Positions 1 to 12,284 of a stretch of 64,000 nucleotides of DNA are shown here, piece after piece. The stretch comes from Squalus acanthias (lineage: Eukaryota). The stretch's first letter is position 1. Each line of letters opens with the position of its first letter. Where the stretch lies: assembly GCA_030390025.1 (NCBI GenBank), contig JASTWF010000033.1, positions 1,490,001 through 1,554,000 on the forward strand, in the 5' to 3' direction. The position numbers and the translations under genes are program-made. The notes beneath the pieces are model-generated. The model worked only from the letters and a program-made list of their open reading frames with translations, did not search any database and had not been told where the DNA came from.

Positions 1-3000
1 GTCCTCGCTCTTGGGTCCCGTGCTCGCTCCTGGGTCTCATCCTTGCTCCTGTGTCTCGTCCTCGCTCCTGGGTCCGGTCCTCGCTCCTGGGTCCCGTCCT
101 CGCTCCTGGGTCCCGTCCTCGCTCATGGGTCCCGTGCTCGCTCCTGGTTCCCGTCCTCGCTCCTGGGCTACGGTCTCGCTCCTGGGTCCCGTCCTCGCTC
201 CTGGGTCCCGTGCTCGCTCCTGAGTCTCATCCTTGCCCCTGTGTCTCGTCCTCGCTCCTGGGCTACGTCCTCGCTCCTGGGTCCAGTGCTCGCTCCTGGT
301 TCCCGTCCTCGCTCCTGGGTCCCGTCCTCGCTCCTGGCTCCCCTCCTCGCTCCTGGGTCCCGTCCTCGCTCCTGGGCTACGTCCTCGCTCCTGGGTCCCG
401 TCCTCGCTCCTGGGTCCCGTCCTCGCTCCTGGGTCCCTTCCTAGCTCCTGGGTCCCGTCCTCGCTCCTGGGTCTCGTCCTCGCTCCTGTGTCCCGTCCTC
501 GCTCCTGGGTCTCGTCCTCGCTCCTGGGTCCTGTCATCACACCTGGGTCTCGTCCTCGCTCCTGGGTCCTGTCCTCGCACCTTGGTCTCGTCCTTGCTCC
601 TGGGTCCCGTCCTCGGTCCTGGGTCCCGTCCTCGCTCCTGGGTCCCTTCCTAGCTCCTGGGTCCCGTCCTCACTCCTGGGCCTCGTCCTCGCTCCTGGGT
701 CCTGTCCTCGCTCCTGGGCCTTGGCCTCGCTCCTGGGTCCTGTCCTCGCTCCTGGGTCTCGTCCTCGCTCCTGGGACCCGTCCTCGCTCCTGCGCCTCGT
801 CCTCGCTCCTGGGTCCCGTCCTCGCTCCTGGGTCCCTTCCTCGCTCCTGGGTCCCGTCCTCGCTCCTGGGTCTCGTCCTCGCTCCTGGGCCTCGTCCTCG
901 CTCCTGGCTCCCGTCCTCGCTCCTGGGTCTTGTCCTCGCTCCTGTGTCCCGTCCTCGCTCCTGGGTCTCGTCCTCGCTCCTGGGTCCTGTCATCACACCT
1001 GGGTCTCGTCCTCGCTCCTGGGTCCTGTCCTCGCACCTTGGTCTCGTCCTCGCTCCTGGGTCCCGTCCTCGCTCCTGGGTCCCGTGCTCGCTCCTGGGTC
1101 TCGTCCTCGCTCCTGGGTCCCGTCCTTGCTCCTGGGCCTCGGCCTCGCTCCCGGGTCCTGTCCTCGCTCCAGGGTCCCGTCCTCGCTCCTGGGTCTCGTC
1201 CTCGCTCCTGGGTCTCGTCCTCGCTCCTGGGTCCTGTCCTCGCTCCTGGGTCTCGTCCTGGCTCCTGGGTCCCGTCCTCGGTCCTGGGTCCCGTGCTTGC
1301 TCCAGGGTCCCGTCATCGCTCCTGGCCCTCGTCTTCGCTCCTGGGCCTCGTCCTCACTCCTGGGTCCTGTCCTCGCTCCTGGGTCCCGTCCTCGCTCCTG
1401 GGTCCTGTGCTCGCTCCTGGGTCCTGTGCTCGCTCCTGGGTCCCGTCCTCGCTCCTGGGCCTCGTCCTCACTCCTGGGTCCCGTCCTCGCTCCTGGGTGC
1501 CCGTCCTCGCTCCTGGGTCCCGTCCTCGCTCCTGGGTCCTGTGCTCGCTCCTGGGTCTCGTCCTCGCTCCTGGGTGTCGTCCTCGCTCCTGGGTCCCGTC
1601 CTCGCTCCTGGGTCTCATCCTCGCTCCTGGGCCCCGTCCTCGCTCCTGGGTCCAGTCCTCACTCCTGGGTCCCGCCCTCACTCCTGGGTCCCGCCCTCAC
1701 TCCTGGGTCCCGCCCTCACTCCTGGGTCCCGCCCTCACTCCTGGTTCTTGCCCTCGCTCCTGGGTCCCGTGCTCGCTCCTGGGTCCTGTCCTCGCTCCTG
1801 GGCCTCGTCCTCGCTCCTGAGTCCCGTCCTCGCTCATGGGTCCCGCCCTCGCTCCTGGGCTTCGTCCTCGCTCCTGGGTCCCGCCCTCACTCCTGGGTCC
1901 CGCCCTCGCTCCTGTGTGCCGTGCTCGCTCCTGGGTCCCGCCCTCGCTCCTGGGTCCCGCCCTCACTCCTGGGTCCCGCCCTCACTCCTTGGTCCCGTCC
2001 TCACTCCTGGGCCTCGTCCTCGCTCCTGGGTCCTGTCCTCGCTCCTGGGCCTTGTCCTCGCTCCTGGGCCTTGTCCTCGCTCCTGGGTCCTGTCCTCGCT
2101 CCTGGGCCTCGTCCTCGCTCCTGGGACCTGTCCTCGCTCCTGGGCCTCGTCCTCGCTCCTGGGTCCCGTCCTCGCTCCTGGGTCCTTTCCTAGCTCCTGG
2201 GTCCCGTCCTCGCTCCTGGGTCTCGTCCTCGCTCCTGTGTCCCGTCCTCGCTCCTGGGTCTCGTCCTCGCTCCTGGGTCCTGTCATCACACCTGGGTCTC
2301 GTCCTCGCTCCTGGGTCCTCTACTCGCACCTTGGTCTCGTCCTCGCTCCTGGGTCCCGTCCTCGCTCCTGGGTCCCGTCGTCGCTCCTGGGTCCTGTCCT
2401 CGCACCTTGGTCTCGTCCTCGCTCCTGGGTCCCGTCCTCGCTCCTGGGTCCCGTGCTCGCTCCTGGGTCTCGTCCTCGCTCCTGGGTCCCGTCCTTGCTC
2501 CTGGTCCTCGGCCTCGCTCCCGGGTCCTGTCCTCGCTCCTGGGTCCTGTCCTCGCTCCTGGGTCTCGTCCTGGCTCCTGTGTCCCGTCCTCGGTCCTGGG
2601 TCCCGTGCTTGCTCCTGGGTCCCGTCATCGCTCCTGGCCCTCGTCTTCGCTCCTGGGCCTCGTCCTCACTCCTGGGTCCCGTCCTCGCTCCTGGGTCCCG
2701 TCCTCGCTCCTGGGTCCTGTGCTCGCTCCTGGTTCCTGTGCTCGCTCCTGGCCCTCGTCTTCGCTCCTGGGCCTCGTCCTCACTCCTGGGTCTCGTCCTC
2801 GCTCCTGAGTCCCGTCCTTGCTCCTGGGTCCCGCCCTCGCTCCTGGGCCTCGTCCTCGCTCCTGGGTCCCGCCCTCACTCCTGGGTCCCGCCCTCGCTCC
2901 TGGGCCTCGTCCTCGCTCCTGTGTCCCGCCCTCACTCCTGGGTCCCGCCCTCGCTCCTGGGTGCCGTGCTCGCTCCTGGGTCCCGCCCTCGCTCCTGGGT

Positions 3001-4542
3001 CCCGCCCTCACTCCTGGGTCCCGCCCTCACTCCTTGGTCCCGTCCTCACTCCTGGGCCTCGTCCTCACTCCTGGGTCCTGTCCTCGCTCCTGGGCCTTGT
3101 CCTCGCTCCTGGGTCCTGTCCTCGCTCCTGGGCCTCGTCCTCGCTCCTGGGTCCCGTCCTCGCTCCTGGTCCTCGTCCTCGCTCCTGGGTCTCGTCCTCG
3201 CTCCTGGGTCTCGTCCTCGCTCCTGGGTCCCGTGCACTTTCCTGGGCCTCGTGATTGCTCCTGGGCCTCGTCCTCGCTCCTGGGCCTCGTGATTGCTCCT
3301 GGGCCTCGTCCTCGCTCCTGGGTCACGTCCTCGCTCCTGGGTCTCGTCCTCGCTCCTGGGTCCCGTCCTCGCTCCTGGGTCCCGTGCTCTCTCCTGGGCC
3401 TCGTCATCACTCCGGGGCCTCGTCCTCGCTCCTGGGCCTCGTCCTCGCTCCTGGGTCCCGTGCTCGCTCCTGGGCCTCGTCCTCGCTCCTGGGTCCCGTG
3501 CTCGCTCCTGGGTCCCATCCTCACTCCTGGGCCTCGTCCTCGCTCGTGGGTCTCGTTCTTGCTCCTGGGTCCTGTCATCGCTCCTGGGTCCCGTCCTCGC
3601 TCCTGGGCTTCGTCCTCACTCCTGGGCCTCGTCCTCGCTCCTGGGTTTCGTCATCACTCCTGGGCTACGTCCTCGCTCCTGGGTCCCGTCCTCGCTCCTG
3701 GGTCCCGTGCTCGCTCCTGGGTCTCATCCTTGCTCCTGTGTCTCGTCCTCGCTCCTGGGCTACGTCCTCGCTCCTGGGTCCCGTCCTCGCTCCTGGGTCC
3801 CGTCCTCGCTCCTGGGTCCCGTCCTCGCTCCTGGGTCCCGTCCTCGCTCATGGGTCCCGTGCTCGCTCCTGGTTCCCGTCCTCGCTCCTGGGCTACGTCC
3901 TCGCTCCTGGGTCCCGTCCTCGCTCCTGGGTCCCGTGCTCGCTCCTGGGCCTCATCCTTGCTCCTGTGTCTCGTCCTCGCTCCTGGGCTACGTCCTCGCT
4001 CCTGGGTCCCGTCCTCGCTCCTGGGTCTCGTCCTCGCTCCTTGGTCTCGTCCTCGCTCCTGGGTCCCGTCCTCGCTCCTGGGTCTCGTGCTCGCTCCTGG
4101 GTCCCGTGCTCGCTCCTGGGTCTCGTCCTCGCTCCTGGGTCCTGTCATCGCTCCTGGGCCTCGTCCTAGCTCCTGGGTCCCGTCCTCGCTCCTGGGTCCT
4201 GTCCTCGCTCCTGGGCTTTGTCCTCGCACCTGGGTCCCATCATTGCTCCTGTGCCCCTTCCTCGCTCCTGGGTCTCGTCCTCGCTCCTGGGCCTCGTCCT
4301 GACTTCTGGTTCCCGTTCTCGCTCCTGTGTTTCGTCCTCGCTCCTGGGCTTTTTCATCGCTCCTGGGTCCCGTCATTGCTCCTGTGCCCCTTCCTCGCTC
4401 CTGGGTCCTGTCATCGCTCTGGGCCTCATCCTCGCTCCTGGGTCCTGTCATCGCTCCTGGTCCTCGTCCTCGCTCCTGGGTCCTGTCCTCCCTCCTGAGT
4501 CTCGTCCTCACTCCTGTGCCTCGGCCTCGCTCCTTGGTCCTG
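1..4542. repeat. 19-bp GC-rich tandem satellite (consensus GTCCTCGCTCCTGGGTCCC), about 240 units, running off the left edge
   Basis: The unit register shifts by 1 per 20 nt. Three units (57 nt) give the 19-aa repeat LLGPVLAPGSRPRSWVPSS seen in all + frames. The + strand has almost no A. Confidence 0.97.
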
Positions 4543-5170
4543 AGATAGAGTGGGCGACCAACAGGGTGACAAAGAGAGTGACATACGGCGGCAGAAAGAG
4601 GTATTGAGAGAGAACGAAAGCCAATGGGGGAGAGAGACCGACGGGGAGGGAGACAGATGGAGACAGCCTGTGGGGTGACACAGAGAGAGACAGATAGGGG
4701 AGACAGAGGGGAGGGGTCAGACGGGGAGTCAGAGAAATCGGACGGGTTTGAGACAGAGCGACATAAACAGATAGGGGGAGACAAACGGGGCTAGACAGGC
4801 GGGGGGGAGGCAGACGGGGGAGAAAGTCAGGAGAGACAGACGGTGTGTTCCAAAAGGAGATACAGCCCAGCGGAGGAGTCAGATGGGGTGAGACAAAGAG
4901 AGAGTCAGACGGGGGGATGCAGACGAGGAAGACATGGACGGGCGATAATGTAAGAGAGACATACGGGGGAGTAGGAGCGGGAGACAGACTGGGGGTTGAA
5001 CGACAGGGGCTGAGAGAATGATGGAAACAGACGCGAGGAGGACAGAGAGAGACATATGGTGTAGATAGAGAGAGAACGAGAGCGCCAGTGTGGGGACAGA
5101 CCGATGGGGAGAGAGTTGGATGGCGACAGACTGGGGCAAGACATATGAAGCGCGATACAGAGAGAGGCAG
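4543..5170. repeat. GA-rich low-complexity tract (inverted homolog of the CT-rich tract at ~15240-15765)
   Basis: Purine-rich gagacagac-type runs; the reverse complement matches 15240-15765 colinearly. Confidence 0.8.
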
Positions 5171-5238
5171 AAGGTGAGACATTTTCAGATTTCATATTGT
5201 ACCCACGATGACAATCCCATTCTATTTTAATATTTATG

Positions 5239-6761
5239 AGCCCAGAAATTCGGCGCTTGTCCGGTGAGTACGTGCTGTGTACTCACCCGTAAGGCCACTG
5301 GAAGTGCCGGTTTCCTGCATGCCCTGCGCATGCCCGGGAAACCGGAATTTCCAGTCTCGTGAAGGGAGTGGTTCAGAGGTGAATCGCGTGCGCAGGAGAG
5401 GCTGCGCGCACGCAGCAAACTTCGTTTTTTTTCAGGTTTCTCCGGGTAGGTAAGTATGGAAGAAGCTGCACTTTTAAAAAGAAGGCGCAAGACCCGTTTT
5501 TAAACAGGTAAGTGGTTAATTAATTACAATTTAAATTTTTTTTCAACAGATTTACCTTTTTTAGATACTTTAAAGAAAGGTAAGTTTATTTTTAGCAGCG
5601 TTAAAAAGTATAATTAATTTTATCAAAAATTTAAATTTTTGTTTAAAGTAGTTAATGGGCCAAAATTTGGGCAGTTTCCGGGTGACTACACAGTGCATAC
5701 TCACCCGTAAGGCCACCTGAAGTGCCGGTTTCCTGCATGCACTGCGCATGCACGGGAAATCGGAACTTCCGGTCTGGTGAAGGGGGCGGTTCATAGGTGA
5801 ACTGCGTGCGCGGTAGAGGCTGTGCGTACGCAGGAAACTTAGGTTTTTTTTCAGTTTTCTACGGGAGGGTAAGTATTGAAGAACCTGCACATTTAAAAAG
5901 GAGGCGCAGGACCCGTTTTCAACAAGGTAAGTGGTTAATTAAGTATAATTTCAAAATTTTTTCAACAGTTTCATCTTTTTTAGATACTTTAAAGAAAGGT
6001 AAGTTTATTTTTAGCACTGTTAGAAAGTATTTTAATTTTTTCAAAAATTTAAATTTTTGTTTATGTGGTTAATTTATTTAATTATAGTTATTTAATAAAT
6101 GTGATTTTTTTTTTTATTTGAAGTTTAGCTGTTCTTTTGGGGCCGATTTCAATTCACAGATTTGACAGGTCTTCCTGTCAAATCTATGAATGAAAGAGGG
6201 TCTGCTGCCAATGGCTCTCCATGGCCCATGTGATCCCAGGGGACGCATCCCACTAACTGCGCCCCTGGGACACGCACGCACTGGACGCCGGCTCTTGGAG
6301 CAGGCCCAGGAGCTAAAGTTCCCGTGGGCCCAAAACACAACGGCAGGTGCGGTAGGTAAGAGCGAGCGCGATCCTTACCCCCGCGGCATGCCGGAGAGGC
6401 GAATTTCAGGGCCATTTTATTTAACTTATAGTTATTTTAAAAATGTGATTTTATTTTAAAATTTATTTGAAGTTTAAGGGTGGTTTTGGGGCCAATTTCA
6501 ATTCATAGATTTGACAGGTGTTCCTGTCAAATCTATGAATGAAAATGCCCTGCTAGGATTGGCACTCCATGGCCCACGTGATCCCAAGGGACGCTTCGAA
6601 CTAAGTGCGCCCCTGGGACACGCAAGCACTGCGCGCCGGCAGCTGGAGGATGCCCAGGACCCGAATTTCTCGTGGGCCCAAAACACAACGGCAGGCGCGG
6701 TAGGTCAGTACGCGCGTGATGCTTGCACCCACAGGAAGCCGGAAAACCGAATTTTTGGATC
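5239..6761 (+). mobile_element. Non-autonomous DNA transposon (MITE, PIF/Harbinger-like), outer copy, split by a nested copy of the same family
   Basis: Imperfect 15-bp TIRs AGCCCAGAAATTCGG / CCGAATTTTTGGATC. 3-bp TSD ATG at 5236-5238 and 6762-6764. The empty site is preserved in the paralogous segment near 15175-15185. Confidence 0.85.
5657..6413 (+). mobile_element. MITE copy nested in the outer copy
   Basis: Ends GGGCCAAAATTTGGG ... GCGAATTTCAGGGCC, flanks AAT/ATT; colinear with the outer copy. Confidence 0.85.
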
Positions 6762-7340
6762 ATGATGTTATTGTTGACAGCAAATACCACAGCTAGAATC
6801 TGAACATCATCCACAGGAGTGTAAACTGATGCGAAATTGTCATTTAACAGCTCTACCATAGCCTGGGAATCTGTTTCTCTCTGTCCTGAACTGTCTTTCA
6901 GTGGCCCAAAATCCAAAAATGTGTGGGTTAGGTTGATTTGGCTATGATAAATTGACCCTTAGTGTTAGGGGGGATTAAATATGTGGGGTTATGGGGATAG
7001 GATGGGATATGTTAGGGGGAATTAAATACGTGGGGTTACGGGGGTAGGGTGGGATATGTGTACTGTGGGGATTAAAGCAGGGACAGGGTACTGGATTTGG
7101 ATGATCAGCCATGATCGTATTGAATGGCGGAGCAGGCTCGACGGGCCGAATGGCCTACTCCTGCTCCTAGATTCTATGTTTCTATGTTTCTATCATTAAT
7201 AGTCTTCTGACTCCTGACGTAGCTGGAAATCCTTTTCCATTATTACCACAATTGTTCAGCATCTTCTTTGGCAAATATCTCTTGACTTCTTAAATGTTTG
7301 CTTTTGTCTCCCTCCATTGTGGGTGATATTTGTCCCTATT
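6762..7340 (-). mobile_element. Old CR1-type ORF2 fragment (continues from 5175-5238), interrupted by a SINE
   Basis: Translates to FGPLKDSSGQ..ELLNDNFASVYT, resembling the CR1 VGPLK..LN.YF.SVFT linker. Confidence 0.55.
6912..7193 (+). mobile_element. 5'-truncated V-SINE/HE1-like SINE with CR1-derived tail
   Basis: Matches the 3' half of the SINE at 31925-32283; ends in a (TTCTATGT)n tail; absent from the paralog at ~15030. Confidence 0.85.
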
Positions 7341-7904
7341 TTCCTGTAGACTGAATCCATCTTGATCTGAAATGGGTTCAATTAAAGACAGTTCGGGGAG
7401 TCAGGAATCATTCACCCCATGACTTACGCTGGCAGGTAAAACCCCAGAATGCTCCTTAGTAAGGATTCCGCTGCTGCCTCGCCATATATGTGTCAGGATA
7501 CCGAAACCGAGCTTTCTTACAGTCCACTCCTGGAGGCCCCACTCCCTGAGCCTGCAACATTCAGCAGGGTCAATCTTGGAATTCTGCAGCGGGAGTGATC
7601 CCATTGTAACTGCCAGGATCGCACTCCCGTGGATATTCCGGGTCGTGTATTTTTTATTAATCCTGATGTCTAACACGCAGACATCAATAACACAGGGAAT
7701 CCCTGGGAACACGCTGCAGGACCTTCTTTATCTGGAGATCACATGTCTGTTGTATAATTGTACCAGCAGTTCACAGGTTCCTGTGAAATCCTCCGTCTAC
7801 CATTTTAATGCAGATTTTAACCAATTTATTTTAAAAGGGTTTATTTTAAATGAGTTAACACCTGCCTTAAAATGTTAGGCCCAGGATTGTCACACAAACA
7901 CATA

Positions 7905-8668
7905 GGCCCTGTAAATCGCCTCTCCGGCTTGCCGCGGGGGTAAGGATCGTGCGAGCACTTACCTCCCGCACCTGCCGTTGACCTCTGGGCCCACGGGAAC
8001 TTCAGCTCCTGGGCCTCCTCCAGGTGCCGGCAAGCAGTTCTTGCGTGTCCCAGGGGCGGAGTTAGTGCGATACGTCCCCTGTGATCACGTGGGCCATGGA
8101 GAGCCAATGGCAGCAGACCATCTTTCATTCATGTATTTGACAGGAAGACCTGTCAAATCTATGAATTGAAATCGGCCCCAAAAGAACAGCTAAACTTCAA
8201 ATAAATTAAAAAGAACCATCAGATTTATAAATTAACTATAAGTTAAATAAATTAACTACTTTAAACAAAAAATTTAATTTTTGAAAAAATTAAAATACTA
8301 TTTAACAGTGCTAAATATAAACTTACCTTTCTTTAAAGTATCTAAAAAAGGTAAACCTGCTGAAAAAATGTTTTAATTATAATTAATTAACCACTTACCT
8401 TGTTGAAAACGGGTCCTGCGCCTCCTTTTTAAATGTGCAGGATCTTCAATACTTACCATCCAGGAGAAACCTGAAAACAAACCTTAGTTTGCTGCGTGCA
8501 CGCAGCCTCTAACACGCACGCGTTTCACCTCTGAACCGCTCCCTTCAGCAGACCGGAAGTTCCGGTTTCCCGCGTATGCGCAGTGCATGCAGGAAACCGA
8601 CCCTTCAGGAGGCCTTGCGAGTGTGTACACAGTGCGTACTCACCCGGCAAGTGCCCAATTTTTGGCCC
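7905..8668 (-). mobile_element. MITE copy (same family as 5239-6761), inverted
   Basis: GGCCCTGTAAATCGCC ... CCCAATTTTTGGCCC ends; reverse-complement colinear with 5657-6413. Confidence 0.85.
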
Positions 8669-8755
8669 AATAAATCTTCATGGAATAATTACCAGTCATT
8701 GTTAGACTGGAAACTGAAACCTTCCTTTTCCCTTTCAGTCAGGAACCGATCGCAG

Positions 8756-9629
8756 AAGAACATAAGAACATAAGAAATAGGAGCAGCAGTAGGTCATTTG
8801 ACCCCTCGAGCCCTTGACCTCATTCAATAAGATCAAGGCTGATCTTCTACCTCTACTCCACTTGACTGCACTATCCCCATATCCCTTGGTTCCCTTAATA
8901 TCCAGAAATCTATCGACCTCTGTCTTGCATATACTCAACGACTGAGCAACCACAGCCCTCTTTTGTAGAGATTTACAAAGATTCACCACCCTCTGAGTGA
9001 AGAAATTTCTCCTCATCTCAGTCCTGAATGGCCGACCCCTTATTCTGAGACTGTGACGCCTGCTTCTAGACTTCCCAGTCAGGGGAAACATCCTACCTGC
9101 ATCATCCTGACCTGACAGGCCCTGTAAGAAGTTCACATATTTCAATGAGATCACCTCTCATTCTTCTGAACTCTACACAATATAGGCCTAGTCTACTTAA
9201 TCTCTCCTCATAGGACAATCCCCCCATCACTGGAATCAGTATGGTGAACCTTCGATTCACTCCCTCTATGGCAAGTATATCCTTCCTTGGTAAGGAGACC
9301 AGAACTGTACACAATACTCCAAGTGTGGTCTCACCAGGGCCCTATATAATTGCATGAACACGTCTTTACTCGTTTATTCAAATCCTCCTGTAATAAAGGC
9401 CAACATACCATTTGCTTCCGTAATTGCTTGCTGCACCTGCATGTTAACTTTCAGTGATTCTTGTACCAGGACAGCCAGGTCCCTCTGAACACCAACATTT
9501 CCCAATCTCTCACCATTAAAAAAAATACACTGCTTTTCTATTTTTCTTACCAAAGTGGATAACATCACATTTCTCCACATTATATTCCATTTGCCATGTT
9601 TTTTCAGACCCACTTAGCCTGTCTTTATC
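8756..9629 (-). mobile_element. CR1 LINE 3' end (host element; resumes at 13422-13673)
   Basis: (AAGAACAT)n tail; RT C-terminal peptides RRNFFTQRVVNL and ERLSRLGLY. Confidence 0.9.
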
Positions 9630-10394
9630 ATAGAATAGAATGATATAAAGTTACAGCACGGAAGGGGACCATTTCGGACCATCGGATCCGCGCCGGCCTA
9701 CAAAGAGCTATCCAGCTTAATCCCACTTCCCAGTTCTTTGTCCGTAGCCCTGCAGGTTACAGCATCCCACGCGCACATCCAAGTACTTTTTAGATGTGGT
9801 TAGGATTCCTGCATCTATCACCCTTTTAGGTAGTGAGTTCCAGACCCCCACAACCTTCTGGGTGAAGACATTTCCCCTCAAAATCCTCTCTAAACCTTCC
9901 ACCATTTTAAATCTAACCCTGGTATTTGACCACACTGCTAAGGGAAATAGATCCTTTCTATCCACTTTATCCAGGCCCCTCATATTTTTATACACCTCAA
10001 CAAGGTTTCCACTCAGCCTCCTCTGTTCCAAGGAAAACAGACCCAGCCTATCCAGTCTTTCCTCACAGCTAGATTCTCTACTCCCGGCAACATTCTTGTA
10101 AATCTCCTCTGTACCCTCTCCAGTGCAATCACATCGTTCCTCTAATGTGGTGACCACAACTGCACGCAATATTCTAGCTGCGGCCTAACTAGTGTATAAT
10201 ACAGTTGAAGCATAACCCCCCTGTTCTTGTATTCTATGCGACGGCTAAAAAAGGCAAGCATTCCGTATGCCTTCTTAGCCACCTTATCTACCTGGCCTGC
10301 TACTTTCAGGGATCTGTGGATATGCACTCCAAGGTCCCTTTTTTCCTCTAGACTAAGCAATGGCCAACCATTTAATGTGTATTCCCTTTCCTTG
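9630..10394 (-). mobile_element. CR1 LINE 3' end (second family; resumes at 12285-13414)
   Basis: LVRPQLEYCVQLWSPH and FTQKVVGVWNSLP; CTTTATC duplicated at 9623-9629 and 13415-13421. Confidence 0.9.
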
Positions 10395-12284
10395 AGCTAA
10401 AAAAAGAGCTTAGGAGAGCTAGGAGGGGGCATGAGAAGTCCTTAGCGGGTCGGATCAAGAAAAACCCCAAGGCTTTTTACTCTTATGTGAGAAATAAAAG
10501 AATGACGAGGGTGAGGGTAGGGCCGGTCAAGGACAGAAGTGGGAACTTGTGCATGGAGTCAGAAGAGATAGGAGAGGTGATGAATGAATACTTTTCGTCA
10601 GTGTTCACCGAGGAGAGGGGCCATGTTCTTGAGGATGAGAGTGTGATAAAGGTGGATAGGCTGGAGGTGGTAGATGTTCTGAGGGAAGATGTTTCAGCAA
10701 TTTTGAAGAACCTGAGGGTCGATAAGTCCCCTGGGCCAGATGGGATATATCCTAGGATTCTTTGGGAGGCAAGGGAGGAGATTGCAGAGCCTCTGGCTTT
10801 GATCTTTGGGTCCTCACTGTCCACGGGGATGGTGCCAGAGGACTGGAGAGTGGCGAATGTTGTTCCTCTCTTCAAGAAAGGAAATAGGAATGACCCTGGT
10901 AATTATAGGCCGGTTAGTCTTACTTCGGTGGTTGGTAAGATAATGGAAAAGGTCCTGAGGGATAGGATTTATGACCATTTGGAAAGGGGCAACTTAATCA
11001 GGGATAGTCAAAACGGATTCGTGAAGGGTAAGTCTTGCCTAACAAATTTGATTGAATTCTTTGAGGAGGTAACTAAGTGTGTAGATGAAGGTAGAGCAGT
11101 TGATGTCGTATACATGGATTTTAGTAAGGCGTTTGATAAGGTTCCCCATGGTCGTCTCATGAAGAAAGTAAGGAGTTGTGGGATAGAGGGAAATTTGGCC
11201 GATTGGATAAGTAACTGGCTATCTCATAGAAGGCAGAGGGTGGTGGTGGATGGAACATTTTCGGACTGGAGACCAGTTACCAGCGGTGTGCCACAGGGGT
11301 CGGTGCTGTGTCCTCTGCTGTTTGTGATTTTTATCAATGACTTGGAGGAGGGGACTGAAGGGTGGATCAGTAAATTTGCTGATGACACCAAGATTGGTGG
11401 AGTAGTGGATGAGGTGGAGGGCAGTTGTAGGCTGCAAAGAGACATTGATAGGATGCAGAGCTGGGCCGAAAAATGGCAGATGGAATTTAACCCTGATAAG
11501 TGCGAGGTGATTCATTTTGGTAGGGCAAATTTGAATAAGGATTACAGGGTCAACGGCAGGGTTCTGAGGAACGTGGAGGAGCAGAGGGATTTGGGGGTTC
11601 ATATCCACAGATCTCTGAAGGTTGCCACTCCAGTGGATAGAGCAGTAAAGAAGGCCTATGGTGTGTTGGCGTTAATTAACAGAGGGTTTGAGTTTAAGAA
11701 CCGTGAGGTTATGCTGCAACTGTACAGGACCTTGGTGAGACCACATTTGGAATATTGTGTGCAGTTCTAGTCACCTCACTATAGGAAGGACGTGGAAGCA
11801 TTGGAAAGAGTGCAAAGGAGATTTACCAGGATGCTGCCTGGTTTGGGGGGGAGGTCTTATGAGGAAAGATTGAGGGAGTTGGGGCTTTTCTCTTTAGAGC
11901 GGAGGAGGATGAGAGGCGACTTAATAGAGGTTTATAAGATGATGAGGGGGATAGATAGAGTGGATGTTCAGAGACTATTTCCTCGGGTAGAGGCAGCTGT
12001 TACAAGGGGGCATAACTATAAGGTGCATGGGGGGAGATATAGAAGGGATGTCCGAGGTAGATTCTTTACTCAGAGAGTGGTTGGGGTGTGGAATGGACTG
12101 CCTGCTGTGATAGTGGAGTCGGACACTTTAGGAACTTTCAAGCGGTTATTGGATAAGCACATGGAGCACACCAGAGTGATAGGGAGTGTGATAGCTTGAT
12201 CTTGGTCTCGGACAATGCTCGGCACAACATCGAGGGCCGAAGGGCCTGTACTGTGCTGTACTCTTCTATGTATCTATGTATGTA
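10395..12284 (+). mobile_element. Young 5'-truncated CR1 LINE with near-intact RT ORF (10487-12199, single TGG>TAG stop at 11768-11770)
   Basis: RT motifs NYRPVSL, DFSKAFD, GVPQGSVL, KFADDTK; ORFs 10487-11770 and 11792-12199 are in the same frame; TTCTATGTA tail. Confidence 0.93.

Noticed and set aside
11..4784. Long ORFs (up to 1019 aa) on both strands
   Set aside because: By-products of a nearly stop-free 19-bp satellite; the same peptide appears in all frames.
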